Positions 39,960-50,800 are shown, counted from the first letter of the stretch. The stretch: DNA of 64,000 bases from Candidatus Kapaibacterium sp. (GCA_938084565.1 CALKEU010000005.1:5715-69714), one strand, 5' to 3'. Notes: generated from the sequence alone by a model not told the origin. Translations and numbers: made by a program.

Positions 39960-40507
39960 AGCAGCCGAAGTCAAAGACGACAAAGCAGCGCTCCCGGAAA
40001 GAGACAGCAACGCCCCAGCCGTCTGCTCCCGAAGGAGCAGAGGCAGTCCAGGCGCAGCCTGCTGCACCACCCAAGGTGCGATACTCGGATGAGGAGCTGG
40101 AAATGTTCCGACAGATTATCCTGGCTGAGCGCCAGAAGACCATCGAGGAGCTCCGTCTGCTGCGAGAACGGCTGGAGGATCTGAATGCCTTCAACTACAT
40201 CGAGGAAGGCGGCATCTTTGCTCTTCATCCTGCCGAGCAGGGAGCCGAAGCGTGGGAGCGGGAGCGTACCTATGCGCAGATTCAACGTCTGATGGGCTAC
40301 CTGCAGAAGCTGGACGAAGCCCTCAAGCGGATTGAGGACAAGACCTACGGCATCTGCCGCAAGTGTGGCATTCTGATTGCTAAGGAGCGCCTGATGGCGG
40401 TGCCGATTACGACTCTTTCGGCCTCGTGGAAGATCCACCGTCGCTGTCCTGAAGACGGGATTGACCGCATCATCCCACTGCATCAGGCCAAAGCACTCCA
40501 GGAGTAG
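39932..40507 (+). CDS. DksA/TraR-family protein with degenerate zinc finger
   Basis: RYSDEEL, coiled coil, ALKRIEDKTYGICRKCG...ERLMAVP. Located between ileS and lspA. Confidence 0.85.
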   Translation: MATRKRGAVEQPKSKTTKQRSRKETATPQPSAPEGAEAVQAQPAAPPKVRYSDEELEMFRQIILAERQKTIEELRLLRERLEDLNAFNYIEEGGIFALHPAEQGAEAWERERTYAQIQRLMGYLQKLDEALKRIEDKTYGICRKCGILIAKERLMAVPITTLSASWKIHRRCPEDGIDRIIPLHQAKALQE

Positions 40508-40527
40508 GGGCAGAAGCGGAGGCTGGC

Positions 40528-41085
40528 GTGCGACGGGACTGGTTGCTGGTATTTACACTGGTTGGTGTGGACCAGCTGACGAAGCTGCTCGTCAAGGGAT
40601 TCCGTCTGGGGCCTCTGGTTCACCACGGGATGGCCCCAGGGGAGAGCATCCCCGTGCTGGGGGAGTGGCTACGCATTACGCTGGTGGAAAACCCTGGCAT
40701 CGCCTTCGGGGTCTCCGTCGGGGGAGCGAAGGTGCTCTTGACGCTCTTCTCGCTGGCCGTCAGTATTGCGTTGGGGTGGTATCTGCAGCGCCTCGGAGGG
40801 ATTCCATTTCGGGCACGGCTTGGTATTATCCTGCTCTTGGCCGGAGCAACGGGGAATTTGATTGACCGTGCCTTCTACGGAGTGCTCTACGGCGAGGCAG
40901 CCCTTTTGCACGGCAGTGTCGTCGATTTCATCGATGTCGATGTTCCGGACTTCGTGCTCTTTGGGCGTGTGTATGCACGATGGCCGGTCTTCAACGTAGC
41001 TGATGCCTGCATCACCCTTGGGGTCCTTGTGGCGCTAGTATTTCATCGATACCTCCCATCGGTGCGGCAGCTCCTGCGGCGGTGA
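40528..41085 (+). CDS. lspA: Lipoprotein signal peptidase II
   Basis: DQLTK, NPGIAFG, GNLIDR, VVDFI, FNVAD. Confidence 0.96.
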   Translation: MRRDWLLVFTLVGVDQLTKLLVKGFRLGPLVHHGMAPGESIPVLGEWLRITLVENPGIAFGVSVGGAKVLLTLFSLAVSIALGWYLQRLGGIPFRARLGIILLLAGATGNLIDRAFYGVLYGEAALLHGSVVDFIDVDVPDFVLFGRVYARWPVFNVADACITLGVLVALVFHRYLPSVRQLLRR

Positions 41086-41099
41086 CGGGAAGCTGGCAT

Positions 41100-41107
41100 T
41101 ACGTTTG
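41100..41107 (+). promoter_or_regulatory. -7 promoter element (TACGTTTG)
   Basis: TAnnTTTG match 34 nt upstream of ATG 41141. Confidence 0.45.
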
Positions 41108-41140
41108 CCAGCTTTAGGGCAGATGCGTGCGGTGGGAGAC

Positions 41141-42442
41141 ATGTGGCGCGGGATACTTTCTGTGGCATTGAGCACAGCTGTGGTATGGGGCCAAGCTCTG
41201 TCCATTGGGCGGAGTGATGGGGGGAGCGAACGCTTTCTGCTTGCAGGCGAGCGGGTGCGTCTAATGCTGGCGGTGACGCAAGGGAGTGTCTACGGAGCCG
41301 GGTGCCGCCTGCGGTACAGTCCGGCTCAGGTGGTGGTCGTATCGGGCTGGCGTGCGGGAAGTTTCCCCCCGGCTACGACGGTCGTGCTTCCAGGGATCGA
41401 TCAGCAGACGGGGGAGGGAGTTGTGGACGTTGCAGCGCTATCGACGGCGCAGCCCATTGGACAGCCTAGGTTGGCTGAAATAGAGTTCGTCATCGCACCT
41501 GAGGCGCCACATGGGGTGCTGGTCCGATTTCAGGTCACTCAAGGATGGGCGTTGCAGCAGGATAGTGTGGTGAGTGTGCCGAATGTCTCGGTCGATTTCC
41601 TCGTCCACGGATACGTTCAGGTCTGGCCGGGGGATGCCAATGATGATGGCAGTGTAGATGTGCGGGATGTCGCTGTTGTAGGGCTCTATGCGCATCGGGG
41701 TACTATGGGCTTTCGCCGGGTGCCAGCGAGCACGGAGTGGGCGCCGCAGCTGGCATTGGCATGGGAACAACCGGAGGCCACGCATGCGGATTGCGATGGG
41801 AATGGAGTCGTTGGAGTGCGGGATTTGGCCGTTGTGCTCCAAAACTACGGACGTCGTCGCGGTGAGCTATTGCCTCCTATTACCCCTCCTCCCGCTATAG
41901 AGCCGGCAGCAGGGCAGATCCTCTGCCAGTGGTGGATCCCAGAGGGGGCGGAACTCTTTGTCGGGGTGTTCTCCGCGTGCGCGGGGGAAACACTGCGAGA
42001 GCTCGCTCTCGGAGGTGAAGCGCCGGTGCAGGGAGTTGTCGTAGGGCTGGATTCCGTGGCGGTGGTTGCCGCCTATGTGCGAGGGTCGACAGTTTTGCGT
42101 CTGTTCGGGGAGGGAAAACTTTGCAACGGGGAAGTAGAGGTGCGCACGGTAGCAGGCACGTGGCAGAGTCTCGGAGAGATTCTGCATGCGGATGAGCCGC
42201 GGGAGGAAGAGCTACAGGTATGCACTGCGGACGGAGGATGGCTTTGCCTGAGAGGAAGTCGGGTGCGGCCTGGCTGGATGGTCCTCTATTCGCTCCTCGG
42301 GGCAGAAATTAGCCGTGTGTGGATACCTCCCGGGGAAGGGGAGTGGTGTATCCGAGTGCCGGCAGCTGGACCGATCCTCTTGCTCTACCGGACAGAGAAC
42401 GGGGTAGAGTGGCGTCGGTCTGTTGTGGTGCCGGGACACTAA
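41141..42442 (+). CDS. Secreted protein with cohesin-like beta-sandwich, dockerin-like duplicated Ca-binding loops and degenerate T9SS-like C-terminus
   Basis: Signal peptide, the WPGDANDDGSVDVRD and ADCDGNGVVGVRD repeats, C-terminal LYSLLG. Confidence 0.65.
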   Translation: MWRGILSVALSTAVVWGQALSIGRSDGGSERFLLAGERVRLMLAVTQGSVYGAGCRLRYSPAQVVVVSGWRAGSFPPATTVVLPGIDQQTGEGVVDVAALSTAQPIGQPRLAEIEFVIAPEAPHGVLVRFQVTQGWALQQDSVVSVPNVSVDFLVHGYVQVWPGDANDDGSVDVRDVAVVGLYAHRGTMGFRRVPASTEWAPQLALAWEQPEATHADCDGNGVVGVRDLAVVLQNYGRRRGELLPPITPPPAIEPAAGQILCQWWIPEGAELFVGVFSACAGETLRELALGGEAPVQGVVVGLDSVAVVAAYVRGSTVLRLFGEGKLCNGEVEVRTVAGTWQSLGEILHADEPREEELQVCTADGGWLCLRGSRVRPGWMVLYSLLGAEISRVWIPPGEGEWCIRVPAAGPILLLYRTENGVEWRRSVVVPGH

Positions 42443-42473
42443 CAGGGTTTAGCACAGCGGGGGCCGGAGGAGC

Positions 42474-42734
42474 ATGGTTGTGGAGCGGAGTGTGATTGTT
42501 CAACTGCCGATGGGGCTCCATGCCCGTCCGGCAGCGGAACTGGCTCGACTGGCATCGCAGTTTTCCGCCACTATCGAGCTCATTGGCAACGGGGGCACAG
42601 CGAATGCGAGGAGCGCACTCGAGCTGATTGGCTTGGCTTTAGAGGTAGGCAGTACGGTCGTCGTGCGGGCTATCGGTGAGGATGCCGCGGCAGCCGTTGA
42701 GCGCATTGCGGCATTCCTCCAGGGTGTGGGGTAG
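42474..42734 (+). CDS. ptsH: Phosphocarrier protein HPr
   Basis: GLHARPA (His15), ANARS (Ser46 region). Confidence 0.95.
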   Translation: MVVERSVIVQLPMGLHARPAAELARLASQFSATIELIGNGGTANARSALELIGLALEVGSTVVVRAIGEDAAAAVERIAAFLQGVG

Positions 42735-42790
42735 AGGTGCAAATGGAGGCAAGCTCGTAATTTTCCGAGGGTTCGTCGGATAAGCCGGTA

Positions 42791-44536
42791 GTGGCAGTGG
42801 AGGGCTCATCGTCGAGTAGGCAGAGTCTGTCCCAGCCATTGTGGGAGCAGCCCCAGGGAGGCAGGGGCGTTGAGCGGTATCTGAGGGCTATTGCGGCATC
42901 GCCAGGGATTGCAGTGGGGAGAGTAGTTATCCTGTCGCCATTGGCGGGGGGAGTTTCACGACCGGAGGAGGCGCACGATGAGTGGCAGCGATATCAAGTA
43001 GCGGTAGAGACATTGCGGGCGGAGTGGGAGCAGGCGCGCCGCATTGCGGAAGCGGAAGCTCCAGGGGTTGTGCCGATTCTTGACAGCTATCTCCGGGTGC
43101 TCGATGAAGTGGTCGTAGGAGAGCGGATTCGTGAGGCGATAGCTGCTGGGACAACAGCCGAACGGGCTCTCCGACAGCTCTTCGAGCCGATCATTGGCCG
43201 CCTGCGCCGTTCGGCCGATATCCTGCTGCAGGATCGGGGAACGGAGTTGGAGCAGGTCTTGCAGCGTCTGCTGTCGGCACTGCAGCAGCAGCGCGTAGAG
43301 TATAGTCGTGTTGCCGGAGCTATTGTGGTAGCGACGGCCTTAACACCGTCGGAAGTTCTGCTGTTGCACCGGGCCGGGGTCTGCGGGATTGTGACAGCAG
43401 TCGGGGGCATTACATCGCATACGACCATCCTGGCCCGCAGCCTCCAATTGCCGGCAGTCATCGGATTGGGAAAGGCCGTCGGTGCTCTTGCCGAGGGTGA
43501 CTCCGTGATTGTGGATGGATATACAGGCGTTGTTGTGCTCCATCCCAGCCAAGAGACTCGTCGCCGCTATGAGCGGCACCGGGATAGTACGCAGTGGCGA
43601 CGGCGCATTCTGATGCGCTTTGCCTCTCTGCCGGCCCAGACAATCGATGGACGCCGCTACCGTTTGATGGCCAACATTGCATCGCTGCATGACCTTGAGG
43701 AGGCGCTCCTTGTCGGAGCTGAAGGGATAGGGCTGGTTCGGACGGAGCTGCTCGTAGTGCAGCTCGGACGCCTGCCCAGCGAGGAGGAGCAGCTCCAATG
43801 GTACCGGCACATTGCAGAGCGCTTCTCCCCTCGGCCTGTGGTCTTCCGCCTCTTCGATCTCGGGGGTGACAAGTACAATGATGGAGGCCCTCCGGAGCCC
43901 AATCCTGCTCTCGGCATGCGTGGGATCCGCTTCCTGCTGGCACGGCCGGAACTCCTCCGCCAGCAGCTGCGCGCTGTACTCCGTGCGGCTACCTGGCACA
44001 ATGTGCGCCTGCTGATCCCGATGGTGAGCACCGAGAGCGAAGTCCGGGCTGTGCGCCGGGAGCTCGAGATAGTTCGGCAACAGTTGCGGGATGCTGGAGA
44101 GCTCCATGGGGGTGAGATCCCAGTAGGGGTCATGGTGGAGACCCCCGCGGCAGCTCTGATTGCCGAACGGCTGGCCCCGCTGGCGGATTTCTTCAGTATC
44201 GGGAGCAACGATTTGACGCAGTACACGCTAGCTGTTGACCGAGCCTACGGAGCCGTAGCGGAGCTCTATGATCCCTTCCACCCAGCCGTGTGGCGTCTCA
44301 TCCTCCAGGTGGTTGAGGTAGCGCATCGCCGGGGCATCCCCGTCTGCTTCTGTGGGGAGATCACCGCCCACGCCCAGGCTACGGAGTGGCTCGTGGGACT
44401 CGGGGTAGAGGAGCTGAGCACGCTGCCGGCAGCTATTGTGGCGCTTAAGCATCGAATCCGTCGGTTGAGCTTCCAGCAGGCGCGGCATCATCTTCTGGAG
44501 AGACTCGCCTTCGGCGGTGGGGAGCCTACCAAATGA
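42791..44536 (+). CDS. ptsI: PEP-protein phosphotransferase (PTS enzyme I)
   Basis: TSHT, GIGLVRTE, EPNPALGMRGIR, MVETP, FSIGSNDLTQY, CGE. Confidence 0.95.
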   Translation: MAVEGSSSSRQSLSQPLWEQPQGGRGVERYLRAIAASPGIAVGRVVILSPLAGGVSRPEEAHDEWQRYQVAVETLRAEWEQARRIAEAEAPGVVPILDSYLRVLDEVVVGERIREAIAAGTTAERALRQLFEPIIGRLRRSADILLQDRGTELEQVLQRLLSALQQQRVEYSRVAGAIVVATALTPSEVLLLHRAGVCGIVTAVGGITSHTTILARSLQLPAVIGLGKAVGALAEGDSVIVDGYTGVVVLHPSQETRRRYERHRDSTQWRRRILMRFASLPAQTIDGRRYRLMANIASLHDLEEALLVGAEGIGLVRTELLVVQLGRLPSEEEQLQWYRHIAERFSPRPVVFRLFDLGGDKYNDGGPPEPNPALGMRGIRFLLARPELLRQQLRAVLRAATWHNVRLLIPMVSTESEVRAVRRELEIVRQQLRDAGELHGGEIPVGVMVETPAAALIAERLAPLADFFSIGSNDLTQYTLAVDRAYGAVAELYDPFHPAVWRLILQVVEVAHRRGIPVCFCGEITAHAQATEWLVGLGVEELSTLPAAIVALKHRIRRLSFQQARHHLLERLAFGGGEPTK

Positions 44537-45704
44537 TACCTTCGGCTGCCTGCCAGGCAGTGCGGTAGGCCTCCTCAAGGCTGTTCCCGACAGCAGTAAC
44601 ATGTCCCATCTTGCGCCGAAGCCGGCTTTCCCGTTTGCCGTACAGGTGAATCCACGCCTTGCCGACCCGGAGCGCTGGCAGCACCGAGTCTGGGATTCCG
44701 CTCCCTGAGCGAACCCCGAGCAGATTGACCATCACTGCTGCCGGTACGAACATCTCGGGGGAACCGAGTGGGAGATTGCACACGGCGCGGATGGCGTTTT
44801 CGAATTGCGAAGTGTAACAGGCCTCGATTGTGTAATGCCCCGAGTTATGCGGACGGGGGGCAAGTTCGTTGAAGAAGAGCTGACCGTCGACATCGAGAAA
44901 GAGCTCAATGCCGAAGACCCCCACGCCCTCGATAGCCTCTACGCATGCGACAGCCAGCTCTTGTGCCTGCCGACGGAGCCGTTCGGGGATCGGAGCTGGT
45001 GCGTACACAATGCGGCAGACGTGATCTTCCTGTACAGTTTCAACGCACGGATAGACGGCCACTTCCCCATGCCGGTTGCGCGCAACGATGACGGCTAGCT
45101 CCTTCTGCAGGGGAACGAATCGTTCTACCAGAAGTCCCCCCGCGGGGAGGCGCTGCCGGAGTTCAGCCCATGCGTGTGGCAGCTGGTCAGCAGTGGCAAG
45201 CGTACGGTTACCGTAGCCGTCGTAGCCGAAGGTGCGCGTCTTCAAAACTAAGGGGAAGCCATGCTGCTGGGCGAAGGCGAGCACTTCCTCAGGGGTCTCT
45301 ACTCCTGCGAAGCTGGGCACTGGGATGCCGACAGCGGCTATCGTGTGTTTCTGCGTCAGCTTGTCGCGGACACGGCGCACTGTCTCCGGTGTTGGGTAGA
45401 CTGGCCGGTACTGGGCAATATAGTCGAGCACCTCAGGGCCGACAAACTCATTTTCCAGCGTAATGAGGTCGCTAGCACGGATGAAGGCAGCCAGCGTCTC
45501 GGGAGAGTTCCAGCCCTCGGGGAACTCAAGCTGAGTCATACGTCCGGCGGGGGAGTCGGCGCCGTGCTCAAGAATAGCAACGCGCAGCCCTAGGCGGTAG
45601 GCAGCCTGTGCGAGCATCTTTGCAAGCTGGCCCCCACCGATGATGCCGAGTGTGAGCTCGCGCGAGGCGTTGTACGGAGATGGCAGCATGGCCTCTGGGA
45701 TCAC
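44526..45704 (-). CDS. purK: N5-carboxyaminoimidazole ribonucleotide synthase
   Basis: GIIGGGQL, GYDGYG, NELAPRPHNSGH, HLYGK, RKMGH. Confidence 0.96.
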   Translation of the reverse strand: MIPEAMLPSPYNASRELTLGIIGGGQLAKMLAQAAYRLGLRVAILEHGADSPAGRMTQLEFPEGWNSPETLAAFIRASDLITLENEFVGPEVLDYIAQYRPVYPTPETVRRVRDKLTQKHTIAAVGIPVPSFAGVETPEEVLAFAQQHGFPLVLKTRTFGYDGYGNRTLATADQLPHAWAELRQRLPAGGLLVERFVPLQKELAVIVARNRHGEVAVYPCVETVQEDHVCRIVYAPAPIPERLRRQAQELAVACVEAIEGVGVFGIELFLDVDGQLFFNELAPRPHNSGHYTIEACYTSQFENAIRAVCNLPLGSPEMFVPAAVMVNLLGVRSGSGIPDSVLPALRVGKAWIHLYGKRESRLRRKMGHVTAVGNSLEEAYRTAWQAAEGIIW

Positions 45705-47200
45705 TCTTCCTCTTCGGTTCGACTCCGGAAGAGGGTGCCGAGCATGTCTTTATAGGTAGTGCTGCTGTCGAGCTCCTCTTTAGCGAGCTTGGAGTACTGA
45801 TGGAGGGCATCCAGGATGAACTCCATGGCTGTTCCGAGCTCGTAGGGGTTGTGCTCGTCGACGTGGAGATACTGGACGGCAAGACGGCGTAGGGTGGGGA
45901 CGCGCTCGAGCTCGGCCACAAAGGCCTCTGTGGGCATGGTGTCGTCGAGCGTAATTGTATTGCCAGCTTCGAACCAGCTGATGATCTCGGCATAGGGACT
46001 GGCATCGGAGCTGCTGGTGCCTTCGCGCCGGCGTGGGCGTGCCAGCGGGTCAGGGAAGTAGAGCGTGAAAGTCTCCCGTACGGCCCGTCCGATCAGGGCT
46101 TTGGCAACTTTGACCGGCCCCTCTTGCTCACCTTCGAAGACAAGCTCTACCTTGCCGGTAATGCCGGTGAGGGCTCGAGTGAAGTCCACGATGCGGGGGG
46201 CGATAACCCGTTCGCCCGTCAGCAGGGAGCGGCGCTCCGCATTCGAGACGAGCGCCTCCATTGTCGCAATACTGAGCCGGGCGGAGACTCCAGAGGTTTG
46301 GTCAATGAACTCGCTCTTGCGAGCCACGAAGGCGATATTCTCCACGATCTGTCGTAGGTACGTCGGAAGCACAAGATCCATGTCCGGCGTTCGGTGAATC
46401 CAGGCCTCCTGTGCAGTAATGGCCAGCGCATCCTCGAGTGTCCGCGGATAGTGTGTGAGGATCTGTGCTTGGATGCGGTCTTTGAGGGGGGTGATGATGG
46501 TGCCGCGGCGGGTGTAGTCCTCTGGGTTAGCCGTAAAGACCATGCAGATGTCCAGCGGGAGGCGGACTTTGAAGCCGCGGATTTGGATGTCGCGCTCCTG
46601 CAGGATGTTGAACAGACCTACTTGAATGCGGGGTTGCAAGTCGGGCAGCTCGTTGATGACGAAGATACCTCGGTTCGTTCGGGGAATGATACCGAAGTGG
46701 ATAGCTCCCTCGTGGGAGTAGTGGAGGCGCTGTGTTGCTGCCTTGATGGGGTCGATGTCGCCGATCAGATCGGCGATTGTGACATCTGGGGTGGCGAGCT
46801 TTTCGCCATAGCGTTCAGAACGGTGGATCCACTCCAGGGGGGTTTCATCACCCAGCTCGGCGATGAGGTCGACGGCGTACTTGGAGATGGGGGCAAAGGG
46901 ATTGTCATTGACCTCAGAGCCCGCAACGATAGGGGTGTACTCATCGAGGAGTTCAACGAGCATGCGGGCCAGGCGGGTTTTGGCTTGTCCGCGCAGGCCC
47001 AGCAGGATGATGTCATGCTTGGCCAGGATGGCGTTGACGAGCTGCGGGATGACGGTGTCGTCGAACCCAATGATTCCAGGGAAGAGCCGTTCACGGCGGC
47101 GGAGCTTCTCAATGAGATTGCGGCGCATCTCTTCCTTGACCGGCAGCACACGGTAGCCAGCCGCTTTCAGCTCGCCGAGCGTGCGAGCTTTAGGTCTCAT
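45701..47200 (-). CDS. Magnesium-chelatase subunit I-like AAA+ ATPase
   Basis: GLRGQAKTR, EKLATPD, INELPDL, FTANPEDYT. Confidence 0.88.
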   Translation of the reverse strand: MRPKARTLGELKAAGYRVLPVKEEMRRNLIEKLRRRERLFPGIIGFDDTVIPQLVNAILAKHDIILLGLRGQAKTRLARMLVELLDEYTPIVAGSEVNDNPFAPISKYAVDLIAELGDETPLEWIHRSERYGEKLATPDVTIADLIGDIDPIKAATQRLHYSHEGAIHFGIIPRTNRGIFVINELPDLQPRIQVGLFNILQERDIQIRGFKVRLPLDICMVFTANPEDYTRRGTIITPLKDRIQAQILTHYPRTLEDALAITAQEAWIHRTPDMDLVLPTYLRQIVENIAFVARKSEFIDQTSGVSARLSIATMEALVSNAERRSLLTGERVIAPRIVDFTRALTGITGKVELVFEGEQEGPVKVAKALIGRAVRETFTLYFPDPLARPRRREGTSSSDASPYAEIISWFEAGNTITLDDTMPTEAFVAELERVPTLRRLAVQYLHVDEHNPYELGTAMEFILDALHQYSKLAKEELDSSTTYKDMLGTLFRSRTEEEE

Positions 47201-47819
47201 GAGAGGGAGGCTGCTGGAAGAACAGACGCATGTAGGGACGCAGCAGACTTGCGACGTATTTTGCGAGGATGTCGAACTCCAGATTGACCCACGAACCTGT
47301 GCGCAGCCGCCCCAGCTGGGTGCGCTGGAGTGTGGTCGGAATGAGGGCTACCATGAAGGCATTGGCTCGGAGGCGAGCAATGGTGAGGCTGACTCCGTCG
47401 ACGCAGATGGACCCATGCAGCACGGCGTACGGGTGGAAGGCCGCAGGGAGTTCAATCCAGAGGTGATGTTCTCCCGAAGACCGTTCCACAGCTAGCACGC
47501 GGCTGACGCAGTCGACGTGCCCTTGGACGATGTGTCCATCGAAGCGTCCCGTGACCGGCAGCGCCCGTTCGAGATTAACCCAGGAGCCCGTGCGGAGCCG
47601 CCCGAGGGTGGTCTTGCGCAGTGTCTCCGGGATCACATCGACGGCAAACCGGCTCGGCTCGGCCTCTGCCACGGTCAGGCAGACTCCGTTGACAGCAATC
47701 GAAGAGCCGGGACGGAGTTCGGGGCCGAGCTCACCGGACTCAATCCAGAGGCGCTGCCCAGCGGCGCTCTTCTGGCGGTGGAGAAGTCGTACGCAGGTTT
47801 CGATGATGCCAGTAAACAT
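47190..47819 (-). CDS. ribE: Riboflavin synthase (alpha chain)
   Basis: MFTGII N-terminus, SIAVNGVCLT, GHIVQGHVD, internal duplication (VNLE twice). Confidence 0.97.
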   Translation of the reverse strand: MFTGIIETCVRLLHRQKSAAGQRLWIESGELGPELRPGSSIAVNGVCLTVAEAEPSRFAVDVIPETLRKTTLGRLRTGSWVNLERALPVTGRFDGHIVQGHVDCVSRVLAVERSSGEHHLWIELPAAFHPYAVLHGSICVDGVSLTIARLRANAFMVALIPTTLQRTQLGRLRTGSWVNLEFDILAKYVASLLRPYMRLFFQQPPSHET

Positions 47820-47886
47820 GGCCGCACGAGTGTCCCCGGAAAAGTTGCAATTTCGCCCTGCAAAAGTAGGCCGACGGAGTCAACAG

Positions 47887-50800
47887 GTGGCCTATCTCCT
47901 CTTCAATCCAGCAGCTTCCGCACGGTGGCGGCCGCCGCAGTGTGTGCTGCAAGGAGATAACCGCTTCCGAGTGGAGCAGCTCCTGCGGGAGGCTGCGGCT
48001 GAGGATGCGCCCGAACGCCTGATTGCTCTCGTGCCGACGGAGCGTCGCGTACGTTGGCTGAAGCGACAATTCTTCCGGTGGGTTGCCCATTTCCATCAGG
48101 GCAAAGCTGCCCCAGAGCCCTTTCTCTTTACGCTGGCGGGCTTTCTCTGGAACTGCTTCGGACGGCTCTTCCCGCCGGGGCGATATATTCTCCTTTCGGA
48201 TGCCCATCGGCTGATGCTCTACGATGAGGCAGCCTCCCGAGCACCTTTGCGCTTCTATCGCCGTGGCAATGCAGCACTGCCACCGGCATTGCTTGAACAG
48301 CTGGCGCAGCTCATCGACGGTCTGCGGCGTGATGGGATTACAGCGGCAGTTCTTGCCGAAAGGCTCGCCGAGGCTCAACACCGAGGGGATCCGACCGTCG
48401 ATGGAGCACGGTTACACGACGTCGTGGCTCTAGCTCGAGAGTATGAGGCTCTGCTGGGCGAGGAGCTCGTCGATGAACCTCGGGGGTGGGCATTGGTCAG
48501 CCGGGCCTTAGCTGAGGGCGGCAGCCGTGCACTACAGCGGCTCTTTCCGGGGGCGGAACTGCTCGTCGTGGAGGGCTTCTCCGATTTCCGAGCTCCAGAG
48601 CTGGCCTTTCTGCAGGTGCTGGCCCAGCAGGAATTGCCCGTAGTGATTGCCGTTGACTATTCGCCGGACAATGGCCCTCTATTTGGCAATTTCCAGGAGC
48701 TCGTTGAGCACCTCCGGCAGGCTGGCTATGCGGCCTACTCCACCGATCCGATAGTGCTCATGAACGAGCAGACGCCTTCGGAGCAGCGAGTGTTTTGGCC
48801 TCTGGGGGCTTATCTGCGCCGTTGGCTCTTCAATACGGAGCGGGAGATTCGCCATCCGGGGCTGTCGCCGATGGTGACCATTGTGGAATGCCGCGATCGG
48901 GAGCAGGAAGTGCTCCTCATCGCCCGTTTGGTCAAGGATTTGCTCTGTCGGCAGGGCTACCAACCTCACGAGATTGCCGTCGTGATGCGGCAGCCGGAAC
49001 GCTATTCGGCGCTGTTCCGGGAAATTTTTGCCCTCTACGGTATCCCGGCCAATGTAACAGATCGTTTCTGGCTTGTGCAGTCGCCGGTCGCTGTGGCTGT
49101 GTTGAGCTTGTTAGGGCTGCCGCTCAACGGCTTTCGGCGGCTTGAGCTAGAGCGGCTGGTCTATAACCCGTACGTACGTTTGCTCAGAGCCGATGGGCGC
49201 CCCATCGATGGGGTGAATCTCCTCACCGTTGCCATGCGGCGCCGTATCCTCGGAGGCCATCGCTGTGGGGGTGCCGATGGCTGGCGCCGCCAGTTGACCA
49301 ATGCCTGTACCTTTCTGGAGCGTCAGCTGGAGTTAGTCAGGGCTGATCCTTACAGCGATCCGCTCGAGCGCGAGCAGCTCGAGCGCGAGCTGGAAGCCTG
49401 TCAGCGTGCATTGGACGACTTTTGTTCCCTCTCGGAGCGCCTGGCGTGGGAGCGCTACCTCTACACACCGGCGGAGTTTCTGCAGCTCCTCACGCGGGAA
49501 ATTCTGGTGGGGATGGGAATCTACGAGGCCGTCGTGGCAGCCTACAGGCAGCTGCGCCAACAGCCCTGGCGCAGCGATGCCGAATGGCTGACCGTGGTCG
49601 AGCGCATTGAACGGGATGCTCGTGCGTTGACGCGGCTCAGTGAGCTGGCCGATGAAATCGTCACACTCCTCCAGCGCCGGTGGGGCGGGGAGGCTCGGCC
49701 GTTGGCCGACTACGTTGAACGCTTCACAGCAGCTCTGCGTGGGGAACGCTATCAGGTGCGTGAAAAGCCCGGCGCTGGAGTGACGGTGACCTCGATTGAG
49801 CAGACACGTGGTATCCCCTTCCGTGTGCTCATCCTCTGCGGGGCTGTCGACGGCGAATTCCCTCTGCCGTACCGTACCGAACACCTGCTCGGCTATGCTC
49901 TGCCACAAGCCGAAGATCGCCATCGGCGTGCAGAGCGCATGCTCTTCTACCACTTCTTGACCAACGATTCGGAAGCCCTGGAGCGGCAGGACCTGCGCTT
50001 CTACATCACGTATCCGACGCTGCAGGAAGGCGAGCAGCTCGTGCGCTCCCCCTTCGTGGACGAGCTCCTGAAGGTGACATCCCTGGAAAGCGATGGCTGT
50101 GTCATCAATGCTCCAAAGGTACTGCGCTGGCTTCAGGGGCAAGAGGTGGAGGGCGAGGCAGCAGACCTCGAACGCCAGTATAGCCGAGCGCCATGGTTGG
50201 CCGTCCAAGGGACCGTGACGGAGTGGAAGGCTGTAACGTGGGCCGAGCCGGAGGAGCAGCAGACCCCACAGCATTCCGGGCAACAGACGCCCCAAAAGGT
50301 GGAGCCCCTTCAGGAATTCATTGGGCGGTATTTCTCTGCCTCGGAGTTGGAGCTGTATCGACGCTGTCCGTATCGCTACTTTGCCACCCATATACTGCGG
50401 CTCCGTCCGTTGGAGAGAGCTCCGTTGGAACTCTCGCCCCTGGAGCGAGGCCTTCTGTTGCACCGCATCGTCTATCGCTTTCTCCGGGAGCTTCAGCAGC
50501 GTGGCCAGCTCATTGCACGCCCTCTTCGAGGTGAGCTCCCCCCATTGCAGACTGCCCCGCTCGACGGGGAGCTGTCCGAGCTCTACGAGCGCTTGCGGGA
50601 GATTGCTCGTGAGGAGCTGCAGCACGTGCGTTTCGAGCACCCGTGGTTTCGCCTGGAAGCCGAACAACTTCTAGGAACCGATGAGCAACCGGGAATACTG
50701 CAGTACTGGCTCAACAGTGAGTATGATCGTCGGCGGAATCGACCGGAGTTTGAACCTGTCGCCTTTGAGTTTGGCTTCGGTATGCACCCGACGATGGCCG

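Noticed and set aside
47190..47819. Repeated sequence LGRLRTGSWVNLE within one gene
   Set aside because: Known internal duplication of riboflavin synthase.
47530..47886. N-terminal extension of the AddB-like ORF, and similar long extensions on the TrmH, tsaB and SCO ORFs
   Set aside because: They overlap neighbouring genes and lack family similarity. Downstream starts fit better.
50257..50295. Short imperfect duplication encoding QQTPQ-HSG-QQTPQ
   Set aside because: Two diverged copies in an interdomain linker. Not an array.
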